From: Camelus ferus
Lineage: Eukaryota
Assembly (NCBI RefSeq): GCF_009834535.1
Contig: NC_045697.1
Span: 71,674,001-71,738,000, forward strand
Length of the DNA: 64,000 nucleotides
Direction of reading: 5' to 3'
Made by a program: the position numbers and the translations under genes. Below the pieces are notes generated by a model, which was not told where the DNA came from, made no database searches, and saw only the letters and a list, made by a program, of their open reading frames with translations. Below, in pieces: positions 1-14,013 of the stretch; positions within the stretch are counted from its first letter, which is position 1; each line of letters starts with the position of its first letter.

Positions 1-2932
1 TCTTCATATTAAAATAGAATTGTGATTTATAAATATATATGCAGTTTATTTTTAAGTACATCATCAATCCCACATTCCATCACAGGGTGCTGAAAAAATT
101 CTCTTGGAAAAAGTCATGTATTTACTTCATCAGTATGAGTGTTATTATTTTGTAACTAGCCTTCTGTCTGTTTCATATCTTAGTCTTTTTCCACTTTCTT
201 TTTCTACTGCTCTTGATAGGTATAGATCTATGTGTGCATGCGTATGTACATGTGTACATATTATTTGTGTATATTGAATTTTTCCTAAAACCAAACACTG
301 TTGTCAATATAATTTTATCATTTTACTCTCCTCTTATTTTCATATTAAGTTGCTCATTAATAACTAACATCATAGGTTGGTTGTGCATTTTGCTGAACAA
401 ATATTAGACTACTCCATTTTAATCTTTCTATTTGAAGAACAGTTGTGCCAATCTCAACAAGTATTCTTAGGATTGCACAATTTATTTTAAGGAGAGGAAA
501 ATTTATTATTTTCAAATTTCAGTGCCAATGTTTAGAAATGATGCCCATTTTCATCCTTGGAATTTAAAAAGAAGCAAAACTACCCAAATCAGATTTTTCT
601 ATTTAAAATATCTTCTGGGGAGAAATTTGGGGGGGGGGATTGTTTCTCGTAGCCATTTCTGTGATTTTTCACATCTTTGTTGTGTGTTCTATACCATTTA
701 TTAATATGCAAGCATAATACTAGTAACATGATTATGAAATTGAAAACAGAAGTGATTAAACTGCTTATCAAAGGCTAGAATATTAAAGGGTATCTGCATT
801 GTTTTTTTATTTAATTAGATGTCATTTTCTACATGGTGAGGTTTTTTGTTCTGATTCCAAAAACACTGCTATTTCATTTTAAAAGTTCAATGATATAAGC
901 TGTAGCATTTCTCATATTAAAGTGTCATAGTGCCTCTGTGTGAGAAATTGTACTTCTGAGATTCCTCCTGGGAAGTCATGCTCTTTTGAATTCTCCTCTG
1001 TCTCAGAATTTCAGAGCTGAAGGAATCCCAGAGGTTATCTTGTGCCTAACTTATACAAGAGTATAGTAACTCTCTGACACACTAATCTCTACTCGTTAAA
1101 TCTTGTATACTTTGGGAAGAAATAGTAAGTTTATCTCTTTATGTAAAAATGCCAGTGACTAGATAATAGCCTGTGCAGAACTCTCATGTCCACTGACACA
1201 AATTTTTAAGAAAATTTACAAACTAATGTTAGGATTTTTATAAGTTCTTAATTGTTTTTATCAAGTCCTATAGCCAAAACATACTCTTTTTGAGCTTTAA
1301 GCTAAAGAATGTGCAAATATATTGCCAATAATGTTTTGCCCTACCATTCCTATCAAAGTCTTTTGAAAAGACTGAGTAATAACTATTCATATAAACTGAA
1401 AGACGAGGTCTCACTCGATATCAATATTCAACCACATAAGCAATCATAGTTATGCTGATATTTAAATAAGCTTAATTTAATCCACATAATAAACATTTTC
1501 ATGTTAAGTACTATAGGCTTTAAGTAACTTCTTGTTGCTTACACGATGAATTAAAAACTTCTTATCAGACATATAAGTCACTTTTTGAAATGCCCACTTC
1601 CTTCTAATTCTGCAGTCTTACGGAAATTCTTAACCAGGTCATGCTTCATGACATCTCCTTGACTATATACAATGTGTGCCTGTAGTCCAGAACTCCTTGT
1701 GTACATAGCAGTCTCAGCTTAGGTCACCTCTTCTGTAAGACCTTTCTTGACTGTTTCTTCCTCTGTAGAGCTAGCCACTTCCCCTTTGCCAGCACCGTCC
1801 CTGACCCATAGAGACTTCGTGTAAGAGTACCTGAAACACTGAGTTCATTGCCCACACACAATTACATGACCCTGAGTGCCCTGAAGGCAGAGCTTTTTGT
1901 AAATCCCCTCCTTTGAAAAAAAAAAAAAATCCGCAATTAAGGGCTTCACATAGTTCATAGTTTTAAGTAGGTTAATGCTGGGTTTTGCTTTGCATCCCCC
2001 AGCTGTTGGTTGAGAAAAGGGCTTTCATCCTTTCTTCCCACTTCTAAGCAGGACTTTCAGAAAATCCAGAAAGGCCTGAACAACTTTATTATTTGAGGCA
2101 TCTAGATTATTGAAAAATGAAGAAATAGAGTAACATCTTTTTTTTTCAATCCAGCCATTTAATTTCTGTGACTGTGTATTGGCAATATGTCTGATTTTAT
2201 TTGGAAAAAGTCTTGATTAGACGTTTTTGTTCCACAGTCCTCTCTCCACCCCATGGCTTTGTTGATTGGCCCACTTCCTCAGCTATAATCATCTGTGTCT
2301 AATCTCAATGTGGTCCCAGCAGTTGCTTCACAAAACACAATTTTAAAAAATGGTGGCCTTTGCAGTAGGTTATATCATCAATAGTAGAACACTTGGATTC
2401 TGCATGGCCTCTTCCAAGATGCTCACATTAAGGAAACAAAGTTGGCATATAGTTACTCCGTATCTGCAGGGGGTAAAAAATAGTTCAGGATGAATATTCT
2501 CTCTCACTCTGACACAGAAATAAAATAATCTGTTTAAGACTATTCCATTTCTGACCCTTAAGTTGAAGAATCAGACTCATCATTTTACTATTTCATTTAT
2601 TAAATTGTAATATGTATTTTAAAAGAATTTATTGAAATAAATTTCAGTGTTATCTTTGACCTGCTGTAATATTCTTCTAAAATTAGTAAGTGTTTAAGTA
2701 AATTAACTCATCCAAAAGCAAAGACTTATTTCCTGCATACATTTTTCTATTATTCTAATAATTGGCTTTTAGGCAAGTCCCTAGTATTTTATATTATTCT
2801 TTTAAGAAGAATATCAGTATTATTAAAGATTAACCAGTATTTACTCCAGTCAGTAATTTTTATTATATTGTACTAAGATGAGTTTCTGTGTAAATAATTG
2901 AACTAAAAATAATCTTTTTCACCTGAAAACAG

Positions 2933-3038
2933 AATGACATTGATGAACTTGATAATATTCTCACATCCACATTCAAACGTGAGATACCATATTATGAGTT
3001 CCAATCACTCCAAACTGAAATCTACCCTCAAAAAGAAC
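2933..3038 (+). CDS. BANK1: BANK1 internal coding exon (equivalent to human exon 6; end of DBB region/linker)
   Basis: AG at 2931-2932 and GTGAGT at 3039. Translates NDIDELDNILTSTFKREIPYYEFQSLQTEIYPQKE plus 1 nt, closely matching recalled human BANK1 NSIEELDGVLTSIFKHEIPYYEFQSLQTEICSQNK. Phase 0 start, phase 1 end. Not in the ORF track. Confidence 0.95.
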
Positions 3039-3189
3039 GTGAGTATTTTCCAACTGTATCAGTTATTCTTTGTCATATTTCACTGTATGTAACTACTTAG
3101 TAAATATTATAGCAAAGAATATAACTAGCTGCATTGCAAATGAGATGTTTTAGACAATTCCCATCCCCTGATGAGAGAACTGACTTTTA

Positions 3190-3660
3190 TTTTAAGAAAA
3201 TGTCTGGGTAATGTGTGATGGAAATTACTCATCATAGAATTATTTATAATTACCAAAAATGAAGATAACTTAACCCTCCGAAGATAGGTAATTTATCAAA
3301 TAAATTTTGGTGCATCCATTAATGCAACCATCATAAACAAATTTTATCATAAATTGATTTGCTGGCTGTAGCGATGCTTTGATATATATGTAATTGAATA
3401 AAAGCAGGATATATAGCAGTAGGTAGAGTGTGATCCTCTGTTTTAAAAAGTATATACATTTAATAGCATATGTTTATATATATATGTATATATAAATAAA
3501 TTGATGATCTGGACAGATATGCACCTGTTAACATTAGTTATGTTTGGGTTGTGCAATTTCAGGGATTCTGTTTTTTTCATTTTACTTAGTCTGTGTTTTC
3601 TATGATGACTGCATAATATTTGTATCACAGAAATATATATATATATATATAAAGAAAATT
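3190..3660 (+). mobile_element. Degenerate old L1 (L1ME-like) 3' fragment
   Basis: Motifs ttatttataattaccaaaaatgaag and aaataaattttggtgcatccat resemble the L1 ORF2 end/3'UTR. Confidence 0.5.
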
Positions 3661-4719
3661 ATATATAGGAGTTACTATGAGAAAAAACATACTTCTGAAT
3701 GTTACTATGAGCTCAGTAGCCTATTTTCTATATTGTTTCTTCCTGCATTTTTGATTGACACACTATTTATAATCTACTTATGTGCCCAGTATTTGCCAAA
3801 CACTATTATGGAGATGTAACAGTGAGTAAGACAGGCTTGGAACTAAAGAATACGAGGGGTACCCGTAGGCATACTGTAGGACTAATGAGCACAAGTTTTT
3901 TCTGTAGCATTCCTGTGCTATTTGAAGCAGTTTTATTGTCAGGCTGGCAGGCCTGAGGGGTGTGGAAAGAAAAGAATAGAAGTCTTAAGGCACAGCCAAG
4001 TATGATTCACCTGGATGTGTGACAGCCTGTATTTTGTACGGTGATACTACATACAGGAAAGGTCAGTGACAGGCTAGTTTTGAGTAAGTGTTCTTGTGAA
4101 AGTAGTGAAAATGTATTTTTATATCCCATATGCATTTTAACAGTATACTTAGAAAAGTCAGCTATTAGGCTAGGCTAGAAAAGGAACATGATATGATTCC
4201 TCACTTAAAACACTCATCATTTGACTGGGGGAAACAAGGTAACATATATGTAATAGTAGAAGGAAACAATGTGCTGCACTTTGTGGAACTGATTATGCTG
4301 ACAGTAGAATTTCAGAGAAAAGCTATATTATTTTTCAAGACGTGCTTCATAAAGGAGGTGGGATTTTACCTGGGTCTTAAATGATGTGCCCCAGTGAGGA
4401 AAGAAAAAGGAAACAGGAGTTCTGTGGAAGAGAAAGTGTATGCACAAAATGGAATTGTGACACAATTTTTACAAATCCCCTCAGCATTATATTTGTCTAG
4501 GTTTGTGAGATGAGCATTGTGGGACTGGAAAGAATAGAATGGTTTTGGTCTCTCATTTTATAGGTAAGGAAATCTAAGTAGGTTTGAAAGTGCTTCTCAG
4601 TATCTTATTTAGGTTGTAGAGTAAGAATTTTAGAGTGGAAATAATGGAATACATTTGGTCTTTATTTTTATAGAAAAAGAATTCTGGCTGGGTTAAATTG
4701 GATTTTGGGATTGTGTGGA

Positions 4720-4990
4720 TCTGATTCAACAGGTTTGGGGTACAGTTAAGCATCTCCTTTTTAAACAAGTTTCCAGGTAAAGCTGATGCTGTTAGTCCTC
4801 AGACCTTTCATTGAGTATCAAGGATTTAGAGCAATGGTTCTCAAACTTGGAGAATATTATAATTAACTGCAGAGCTTCTAGGACATCCCATGCCTAAGCC
4901 ACACACCCAAATTAATGAAGAATCTGGGAGTGAGTCCCAGGTATCAGCACTTTTTAAGTCTCCCAGGTGATTCCAATGGATAGCCAAGTG
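4720..4990. mobile_element. Two adjacent MER5-family (hAT-Charlie) fragments
   Basis: tttttaaacaagtttccaggtaaagctgatgctg, caatggttctcaaactt and tttttaagtctcccaggtgattccaatg are MER5A/B hallmarks. Confidence 0.7.
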
Positions 4991-6437
4991 TATCAGCCTC
5001 TCATTGCTGCAGTGTATTGCAGACCTGCCAGATAACTCACCTGCATACTATCTCTGACAAAGAGAAAATATTTCTCTCTCTTTACAAAGGTTGGAAGCTT
5101 AATAGCATATGAAAATTTTGGACCAATACTAGAATTTAATGATTATTCTGTATTTGAAAAAATATTTTAATAAAACAATTACATTTTTTAAAAGAAGCTT
5201 AAAATGGAAAGTTCAATATAATCTAGGTAATTCATTCAGAAACCATGTTTCCTGGGTATTGCTAGATAACAGATGCTATTAAATCCATAACAGAAGCAAA
5301 AAACCCTATAACATTAGGCTCTAACTCCTAGTGAAAGTGCGAAGTAACATAATACCAATTACGTAATAAAAATATGCAAGATAGACATGAATATGGCTGA
5401 ACTCGTTTTGCTTGCCTCCTTGACTCTATAATCTTGGATCAATGCCAGCTTCAAAATATCTGGTCTTTAAGACCTTGCACCTGCATTTTCATAATGTTCA
5501 AGTTGAATTGGTAAGATTTGAAAAGCCTTCATACATAAAGTGGAATTAATGGTAGGTATTTGGGGAGCTTCTGTAGAAACACCACTAGAGATAGTCTGAG
5601 AGGAAAATTCAGCAAACAATGAATTTGGTGTAATTCTAGACTTCCATACCTCAGGACAGCTCTCCAATTGTTTGGTGAAATTTTTACTTACTAAACATTT
5701 ATTATTTATTACTCTGTATTTTGGCTGAAATAAATTGGAGGTTAGGACCATGTGAGGGAGGAACAAAGAGAACATATAAGGAACAAAGAGAGCATCCTTG
5801 AGTACTGACCTGTCCTAAGGATGAGCCATGGAATTACCCACAGATACTTATGGTTCTTTAAAAGTATGAAGCAAAATGCTGTGTTAATCAAAGCTATGTA
5901 TCTTATTACTACTCCATCCTCTATTCTTTTCCAAGTTGATTTTGGTAAAATCCTAGCTTAGTTCGCTGTCACTTGATTTGTAATAAGTAAATTGCCATTT
6001 CATGCCACTATGTCTTGGTCATTTCGCTCTGGTCTAGCCAATAAACTTCCTCAGTTGATTTTTTTTTTCCCTAAGCAGTCAGAGTTGAGGGGGTGGGAGT
6101 GTTGCAGAGATAAGATCGAAAGTATACAAGAAATCAAATCTGCTTTAATGTTCTCTTACCCTGTAGTGCTTCATTATTGATTTAAAAATACCATTTTCCA
6201 TTGGTAAGAATTTTCCATAGAAAAAAAGTTATCCTTGGAACTAGAAAAGGTTTCCAAATGTACTTAATATATTACTACAATGTAGGACTTTGGAACATAA
6301 CAGTTACAGAAATAATTCATGAGTGACTTTATAGTGTATGAATCATCAGGGGCTGTGAAATCAATATAGGAGATTATAATAGGGAATTTTTTACTGATAT
6401 GTAACACACTCAAATAGAAAATATGAGTGCATTTCTT

Positions 6438-6903
6438 TTTTAAATTTTATTTTATTGAGGTAAGAACACTTAACATGGTATCTACCCTCTTAACAAATTT
6501 TTAGGGGTATAATTCACTATTTATTGACTGTAGGTACAGCGATGTACAGCAAATCTCTAGAGATAATTCATCCTGCTTTTCCATTATATGTTATTACAAG
6601 AAATTGAATATACCAATCTCCTAATTTACCCCTTTCCCAAATTTGGTAACCATAATTTGTTTTCTATTTTTGGTTTATAAAAAAAAAATTGTGTCTTTTT
6701 TTTATATTCCACATATAAGTGGTATCATATGATATTTGTCTTTGTCTGGCTTACTTTACTTAAAATGATAATCTATCGGTCCAGCCATGTTGCTGCAAAA
6801 GACATTATTTACTTCTTTTTATGGCTGAGTAATAGTCCATTCTATATATTTACCACATCTTCTTTATTCAGTCATCTGTCGACGGACATCTAGGTTGTTT
6901 CCA
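6438..6903 (-). mobile_element. 5'-truncated L1 (L1MA9-like 3' end) with target-site duplication
   Basis: T-rich tail at the left. L1 3' motifs ccacatataagtggtatcatatgatatttgtc and ttttatggctgagtaatagtccatt. TSD gagtgcatttctt (6425-6437) / gagtgtatttctt (6904-6916). Confidence 0.88.
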
Positions 6904-7664
6904 GAGTGTATTTCTTAAAATAAGATTAAATATCACTGTGAGCAACTTCTGTTTTGATTGTAGATGCATATAAAAACACACGTGGTCTGGGCCACCATGA
7001 AATCACCTTGAATACCACTGACTTGGTATGGTGGTGAGGTGGAACAGCACACCTGGGCAAATGCAATTGCATTAGTGTCTCTGTAACTCTCCCCTGTTCT
7101 GAGCTTTAAGCTATCTTCTTCAGAGTCTTATGAAAGTTTTATTGCAGCAGGTACATGAATTTCCCTAACTTCTCTTCAGAACCTTTCAAAGGCTGGGTAA
7201 TGCTGAGAATCTCCTGTGGTGCATTGGAAAAAAATAAGTCATTTAGCTAGTTTTTAAAAGTGGCTACAGTTGCTTCTTAAATCACCATAAGTGGCAGTTA
7301 GTTTACGGAAGAGGAAACTGAGTTACTTTGAGGCAGATCATGTGCCTTCACCCAGAAAGGAGAACTGGCTTAGTAAAGCCCCTGCCTATTTCTAGAAAAG
7401 CATGTCAGAGTGTATAACCATTTACAAGTACTAGTATCTTGATCTGAAAGAGGACAGCATACAATCACCAGTGATATGTGAAAGTATTAACTCAGAATAT
7501 TATCTCTTAATATGTCTGTGAAGTGTGGAGCATGTAACTGGATATTTAGTATGGATGTGGTAGTCACTGTAGCTCTAAGATTTCTCTTGGACTTTTAATA
7601 TCTCTAGATTCACAGAAAATAGCTCATTTGCTATCTGAGTAGAGGAGAACTAAATGTCATCGAG

Positions 7665-9060
7665 TTGTTTCTTTTTGTGTTAGCAAATAATTTAAACATG
7701 CAGAAAAATGTGGAGAACAATAAAACAAATTTGTACCTGTCATTTAGCATCACCAAATCTTAACATTTTGTCTCATTTGCTTCAGATCATTTTTTAAGAA
7801 GTAAAATATTACAGATCTAGTTGAATTTCTTTATACTTCCCTCTGTGATTCCACACATTTGAAAAGCAACTATTAATTAATTTAATTTCTTGGTGATCAT
7901 TCCCATGCAGTTCTTCATCCTTTTACTAAAAATGTCTGTTTCCATAATTCATATACATTCTTGTGAAGTTTTATAGATTTTGTGTAAATGATATCACACT
8001 TTCCATCAACTTACTATTTTTGCCCAATAACTAATTTTTTATATTTATACATGTCTTTATGTAGATCTAGGTCATTCATTTGATATATTCTGTAGCATCA
8101 AATTGTTTGACTATACCACAATGTGTATCTTTTTCCTATAAATGGATAATAATGTTTCCAATTTTTTTATTGTTGCGATTAATTCTACAATGAACATTCT
8201 TGCATATGAATACCTATGTGTGTGTGATAGTTTCACAGGAAATACGGTTACCAATAGAATTTCTGAGTTAAACAGTGATGTACTTTAGTGCTAACTATGT
8301 TTAAATTTCTGTGGAAAATATTTGTATCAATTTATAAATAATTCCACCATCAGTATTGTGCCATTGCTCCACATCTTTTCAATGTTAAAAATTGAGAGGC
8401 AGTTTGACAGGTGTGATGTGTTATCTCACATTTTAATTAATGTTTTCATTACAAATATAGTTGAGCATTTTTCTTCTGTTTATTTACAATTTCATTTTTC
8501 TTCAATGAATTTCTATTTAATAGTCTCCATTTATTTCTGTTGGTTATTTTTTTCGTATTGAATTTTGGGAGATTTTTCTCTTTCAATATATATATATATA
8601 TTCTGAATAGTAACATTTTTCAGTTATGTACATTGCAAATGTCTACCTAATTGATGGTTTGTCTTTTAATTTATGTGGTATCTTATGTAGGCATATAATT
8701 CAATTCATAATAAAACTTATCTATTAGAGTTTATTATTATTATTTGAATTGTTTTTGCTCTTATTCTTCCTTTAATTGTCCTATCATATTTAGGATCAGT
8801 TTGTCAAATTCCATGAAAGGCTCTAATAAAATTAAAATTAAATATAATTAGTTTGGTAAAAACTGCCATTTGTATTACACTTAATTCATTCCGTCCGTAA
8901 GCATGATACTTTATTTATTTGGGTCTTTTTGTGTCTTTCCAAAAAATATTATATTTTATGAAATTCTTGAAAATTTTTGTTAGATTTATTTCTAGTTATT
9001 TTATGGTTTTGTTAACATCAAAACGCCTTACTTTAAAATTATATTTTTAAATTATTTGTG
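7665..9060 (-). mobile_element. Old L1 (L1MC/L1ME-like) fragments
   Basis: Antisense L1 3' motifs such as tacaatgaacattcttgcatatg, ttgagcatttttc, attgcaaatgtct and tttaggatcagtttgtcaaattcca. Confidence 0.7.
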
Positions 9061-10361
9061 ACTACTCCTTTCCTTGATACCTACTGAGCCCTGGATCTTA
9101 TAATATAGCATAGTTCTACATAGAAGAGTTTTTGCAAAGAAGGAATTACTAATCTTACTCCCTGGAAAGAAAATTAGGAACAGTTAGAAATAATATCAAG
9201 AATATTTTTATAAAAATATTTTAAAATGTCTTCCCAAAGTATGAATTTTGTGATGTAAGAAGTTGTATGGACCTTTTCAGTTTTCATTTTAGACCACCTG
9301 ATAAAATTGGAAGCAATGAAGAAATCAATGTAAAAGAAATAAAATGGTGAAGATTATTCTTCGTTCTGAAATGCGAGATAATAGGTGATAAAAAATGTAG
9401 TCATGTAAATGCGCTTCAAATTTGTAACAAATGCATCACTGTTAAGTAAATACATGAAATTAGGGACAGATTTACACATAACATATTATCAAAACTTGTA
9501 GTGATTGAGCAAATTGGAGACTTGGCATGTAAATTGACTGTAAAAATTATAGATTCTTTCACTTCATTTTTTTTGATAACACAGCTTACAAGTACAGATC
9601 TTCACATCTCCTACCAAGGATGTTTTTAGCTTATTACCAAGCTAATTTCATGAACTGATGGTTCAATTTGTAGCAAATAATGATAAAATAAAACAACCAC
9701 TTTAAATCCTTCAAAATGGTTTTTTACTTGATTAACCAAAAAAGAGAATTTCTTCAGTATTATACTGCTGTTATTCACTTTTACAGTGTTTCTTCAAAAA
9801 TTTTGTATTTCTCCAGATGTGAAGTTTGAAAAGTATGCTTATAAACATAACTGTGATTGACGGATATAAGTAAAATATTTTTTTAAAGGAAGGAAAAAAT
9901 GGAAGAAAAGTAATACCAGGGCCAGAATATGCCTTCCGCATACTTCAGTTATTCGCCAGACAAGGAAGCACATTTGGCTTTGAGTCCACGGGCAGCATAG
10001 GGAAGACAGAATAATTATCTTGCAGAATCAGAGAAACCTCCCAGGTCTCGGGACACATTGTAACATTGCAGAGATAGGCGATGTGCCATCCTGAGTCCAA
10101 CCAGCATGTAGGCCAGCCCTTGACCACCCTAACCCATGAGTGGTAAGCCCTTCTCCACCTTGCAGCAACACTCAGAATCCCTTCTCATTCTGCTCTCTGC
10201 CATTACTGTAACATCACATATTTGTGTTGTTACAGTAAAGGAACTGCTGTGTAATAATTGAGGACCTCATGGGTATAGATGAAAAAAGAAGTATGCAAAT
10301 GTAATGTTTTCTCCCAATTAACAAAACTTTGATCCAACAGTCTATGAAGCAGTCTTGTTTG

Positions 10362-11030
10362 TTCATTCATATTACAAGTGTAAACGAAGTGTTGGACACT
10401 CTTCTAGGTTCTCCAGACACAGGTGGCTATTAGAGAACAGTGTCTTTATGGTGCTTTTATTTTAGTGAGGACAACAGAACAAATAATTAACAGCAATAAC
10501 AAAATAAGCAGTATTATTTCAAATAGCAATGCTGGTTATGATAAAAACAAGACAAAGTGAGAGTATAGAGAGTTGGGAGGTGATGATAAGTCATGCAAAG
10601 ATTTTAAATGTGATTTGGTATCACTGAACTTACATTTAAAAAGATTAGCTCAGGGGAGACAGAATGATCGCTGTCATTTGGTGGTAGCAGTGAGGGTGAA
10701 GACACTTGCTCTTCCTTGGTAGATATTTAAAGGTGAAGATGGTGAGACTTACTGAGAGATTGTCAAAAGCCCAGGAGGAGGTCATACGTGGTAGTCACAG
10801 CTATGACCTGGATGAAATCGTTCTGTAGAAAATGTAGTTCAGAGCAGAGGTCTGAGTCCCCACAGTGCAGTGTTTAGAGGTGCAGAAGAACAGTTTCTAT
10901 CAAAGGAGGCCCCTGCAGGAATGTCTGCTGAAGTAGGAATATATTGTCTTGAGAGCCAAGTAAAGAAGATGCTTCTGAAGGAAAGCAGGACTCAAACATG
11001 TCATATCTACTTTGGAGAGCAGTTGTGGAA
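10362..11030 (-). mobile_element. L2 fragments
   Basis: ttcattcat tail followed by typical antisense L2 motifs (gatatttaaaggtgaagat, gtctgagtcccc...gtgtttagagg). Confidence 0.6.
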
Positions 11031-11614
11031 ATGCAAAATAATTTGTGATTTACAAAACCATTCATTATGGTTTTATAATGCTTCCCAAAGTATCCAAGTG
11101 TTCCCCAAATCTTTGCACCTAGAATACCATGTAGATCTTTTGGTTTCTCCTGAAAGTCTGTATCAATGGATAGTATCTCTAAAGCAAATACTGGGCAAAG
11201 AATGACAGTGCTGATTAACTACTCCCCAAGACCCCCAAATTCTGCAAAATATCTAAAAGTAATTGGAGATGCAGATTGATTCAGAGAATACAAGATGTTA
11301 CCAAGTAAAAAAGAAAGCAGTATCCAAAAGAAACAGAAGAGGATTATGTAAAGTTTCAATTAACTGCCGCTTGAACCTACTTTCTTTGTAGTGAACCTAC
11401 ATTTCATTTGGTACATACCTTGCCCTCATGAATTCTTAGAAGAAGTTTAACATACTCTACTTTGCTCTAGGTGCTCTTCTAGACACTGAGGGGAGGTAGA
11501 GGAATGTGAGATAAATAAATAAAACCTATACACTCAGAGGGCACCCAAGAAGAGGGAAGAGAAAATAAAATCACAAAAATAAATATCACTAACATAGTGT
11601 GTGCTCGCTAGTAA

Positions 11615-11835
11615 GAGCTAACACTTGCATTTTGTGTACTCTGTGTCAATAATAATTCTAAGCACCTTACTTACTTTATCTCATTTAATTCCTCTCAACA
11701 AACCCATTGTGAGTACAGTTTTAAACTCTGATTTACAGATGAGGCATTGAGAGTTTATATCATTTGCTCAAGTGGTGGCAGGGCTGGGGCTTGGATCGAG
11801 TCAGCCCAGCTGAGGTGGCCGTATTATTACCCACC
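11615..11835 (-). mobile_element. MIR SINE
   Basis: tctcatttaattcctctcaacaaacccattg...tttacagatgagg core. Confidence 0.75.
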
Positions 11836-12139
11836 TGGCCACCACAGCCCAATACCCTGTGAGGAGCTATATACAGCTTCATGGGGTCGCAGAAGCCCAG
11901 TTAGAGGGGCAGTCAGAGGAAGCTTCCCAGGGAGATGATCTTCCATGTAGAGGAGGGGTTATGAATTATTTCTGATAATTTAAAATTACTACTTTAATGA
12001 ATTACTTATAAAGGCAAGTTTGAAATTATCTTAGATACTCTTTGTGGGTTTTTTTGAAATTCTAAAAACAGTGATTTTTTTTTTCATAGTGCATGATTTT
12101 CTTCAAATTACCCATTTTGCTTCTATGGGCAAATACTAT

Positions 12140-12235
12140 CCTTTAGGAAGGAGTCTTATCTGTTTTGTTCATGGATTTATTCCCAGTGCCTAGAAGAGTT
12201 TCTAGCCCTCTATAAATATTTACTACATTAATTAA
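12140..12235 (+). mobile_element. L2 3' end
   Basis: tctgttttgttcatggatttattcccagtgcctagaagagt...ataaatattt. Confidence 0.6.
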
Positions 12236-13099
12236 CTTGTTAATGGCCGCAAGGTTAACCATACACTAAAATCAATCAAACTCCGGTAAAGATTAGGTAT
12301 TTGACTAGCACTATTTGAACTCCAAAAATAAAAGAGCTCTTCTTTGTAGAAAGATAAGGCAGCTACAGATAATGTCGTTTTCTTTTCTTTTCTTGTTTTT
12401 TCTTTCCTTTCTAGCTCTTATCTATGGCATCTGCCATTAACAGAAAGGAAAATTGGCATATGAGACTTCGGAACTGCACTGAACTGTCTGTGCTTAAATA
12501 ACTGAGACACATATGTTCATCTTCTACAGGCTGACACAAAAAGTGTAGATTTTTCAGGGGCAAAAGTAGTAAGTTTAAATGTATATGGTTATCATAGAGT
12601 CAGGGAAAAAAACATAAGTATTGATCATTAGTAACTGGTAACAGAAAATAGTCCCTGTAATATTCACTCATTTTAAGAAAAATACATGCATGGGTTTGCC
12701 TCAGTCACACACACACACAGTAGGAAATGGGCTTTTTACAAATTATCAGTTGAGTAAGTTGCTCCTTAAGGATCTCCCTCTTTTACAGATGTTGTGCAGT
12801 GATAATTTTCAAGCCTAGAATTTCTAATCCTCTGAAACTCTTGACAGGTCCAGAAACCTCCTCCATATCATCCTATTACTAACCTACCCTCACACCTTCT
12901 CCTTTCACTTCCTAAAGGGGCTCCTTTTCTCTCTGGATTCTGCCATTACCAAATAGTTACCAAATATTATTTTAGTGTCACTGCAGGTGTAAGGATTCAT
13001 TGCATTACTCTGAGAAGAATAGAAACTCAATGATGTAGAAGAATTTGTTTTTTATGTCTTGTTATGGTTTATCAAAACCACTACAGTCGTTTTCCTTGT

Positions 13100-13573
13100 T
13101 GAATTAGTCAAGATTCGCCAGAGAAACTGAAGCAATAGTATGTACCAAGAGAGACAGAGAGAGGTTTACTTTTAGGAACTGGCTCATGGGGTTGTGAGGC
13201 TGGCCATTCTGAACTCTGCCGGGCCAGCTGGCAGCCTGGAAATTCCGGCAGAGGTTCATATTACAGCCTGAGTCCAAAGGGAGTCTGGAGACTGAATTCT
13301 TTCTTCTTTGGTGAACCTGTCTTTTCTCCTAGGGCCCTCAACTGATTGGATGAGGCTTTCCCACAAAGTGGAGGGTAATCTGCCTTACTCAAAGTCTACT
13401 TATTATTAATAATTATTAATTATTTATTATTATTAAATATTAATCTTAGATTAATTACTTAGCTACTTAATCTTAATTAATTAACTACTTTCCCAGTAAC
13501 ATCCAGAGTGGGGTTTGACCAAACTACTGGGCACCATAACCAAGCCAACTGACACATAAAATTAACCATCACA
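13100..13573 (-). mobile_element. MLT2 (ERVL) solo LTR
   Basis: taggaactggctcatg, caactgattggatgagg, gagggtaatctgccttactcaaagtctact, ending gacacataaaattaaccatcaca (reverse complement of the MLT2 start TGTGATGGTTAATTTTATGTGTC). Confidence 0.9.
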
Positions 13574-13921
13574 CACACCATCATCCTATTGTCCAGAGGT
13601 TGGTAGCTCTAAACAATTATAATTTGCCCACACACCATTTGAGATCCCCAACAATCAGTTTGAAAAATGCTGGCCAGTAGATTTTCAAAGCAACTATAAC
13701 TCAGTGGATGCAGATACCTCTCAAAATATCCTATCCTGGTTTACAGACTAAGGATGTGTTGATGGTGTGGTGATGGATATAATTTGGATCATGTGCATAA
13801 TATAAACTCTTGATCAAGGAAAAATAGGTATTGCTTACAGTGTTAAGACATGTTGAACTAGAGAGCTGTTACCACTTTCCTGTTTCATGACAATACCTTT
13901 AGAATTAACACCATCTATTAG

Positions 13922-14013
13922 TGTAGTAAGCTAAATAACTGCTCCCTACAGATACTCACATCCTGATTCCTAGATCTGTGAATTTGTTACCTTATATAGC
14001 AAAATGAACTTTG
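13922..14013 (+). mobile_element. MLT1 (MaLR) LTR 5' fragment
   Basis: tgtagtaagctaaataac...cacatcctgattcctagatctgtgaatttgttaccttatatagcaaaatgaactttg. Confidence 0.7.

Noticed and set aside
5759..5796. 20-bp tandem duplication (aggaacaaagag...); a similar 12-bp duplication lies near 49526-49550
   Set aside because: Ordinary slippage duplications with two copies only. Not a CRISPR or other array.
10293..10300. Octamer ATGCAAAT (also at 22750-22757)
   Set aside because: Isolated AT-rich 8-mers expected by chance, with no supporting motif cluster.
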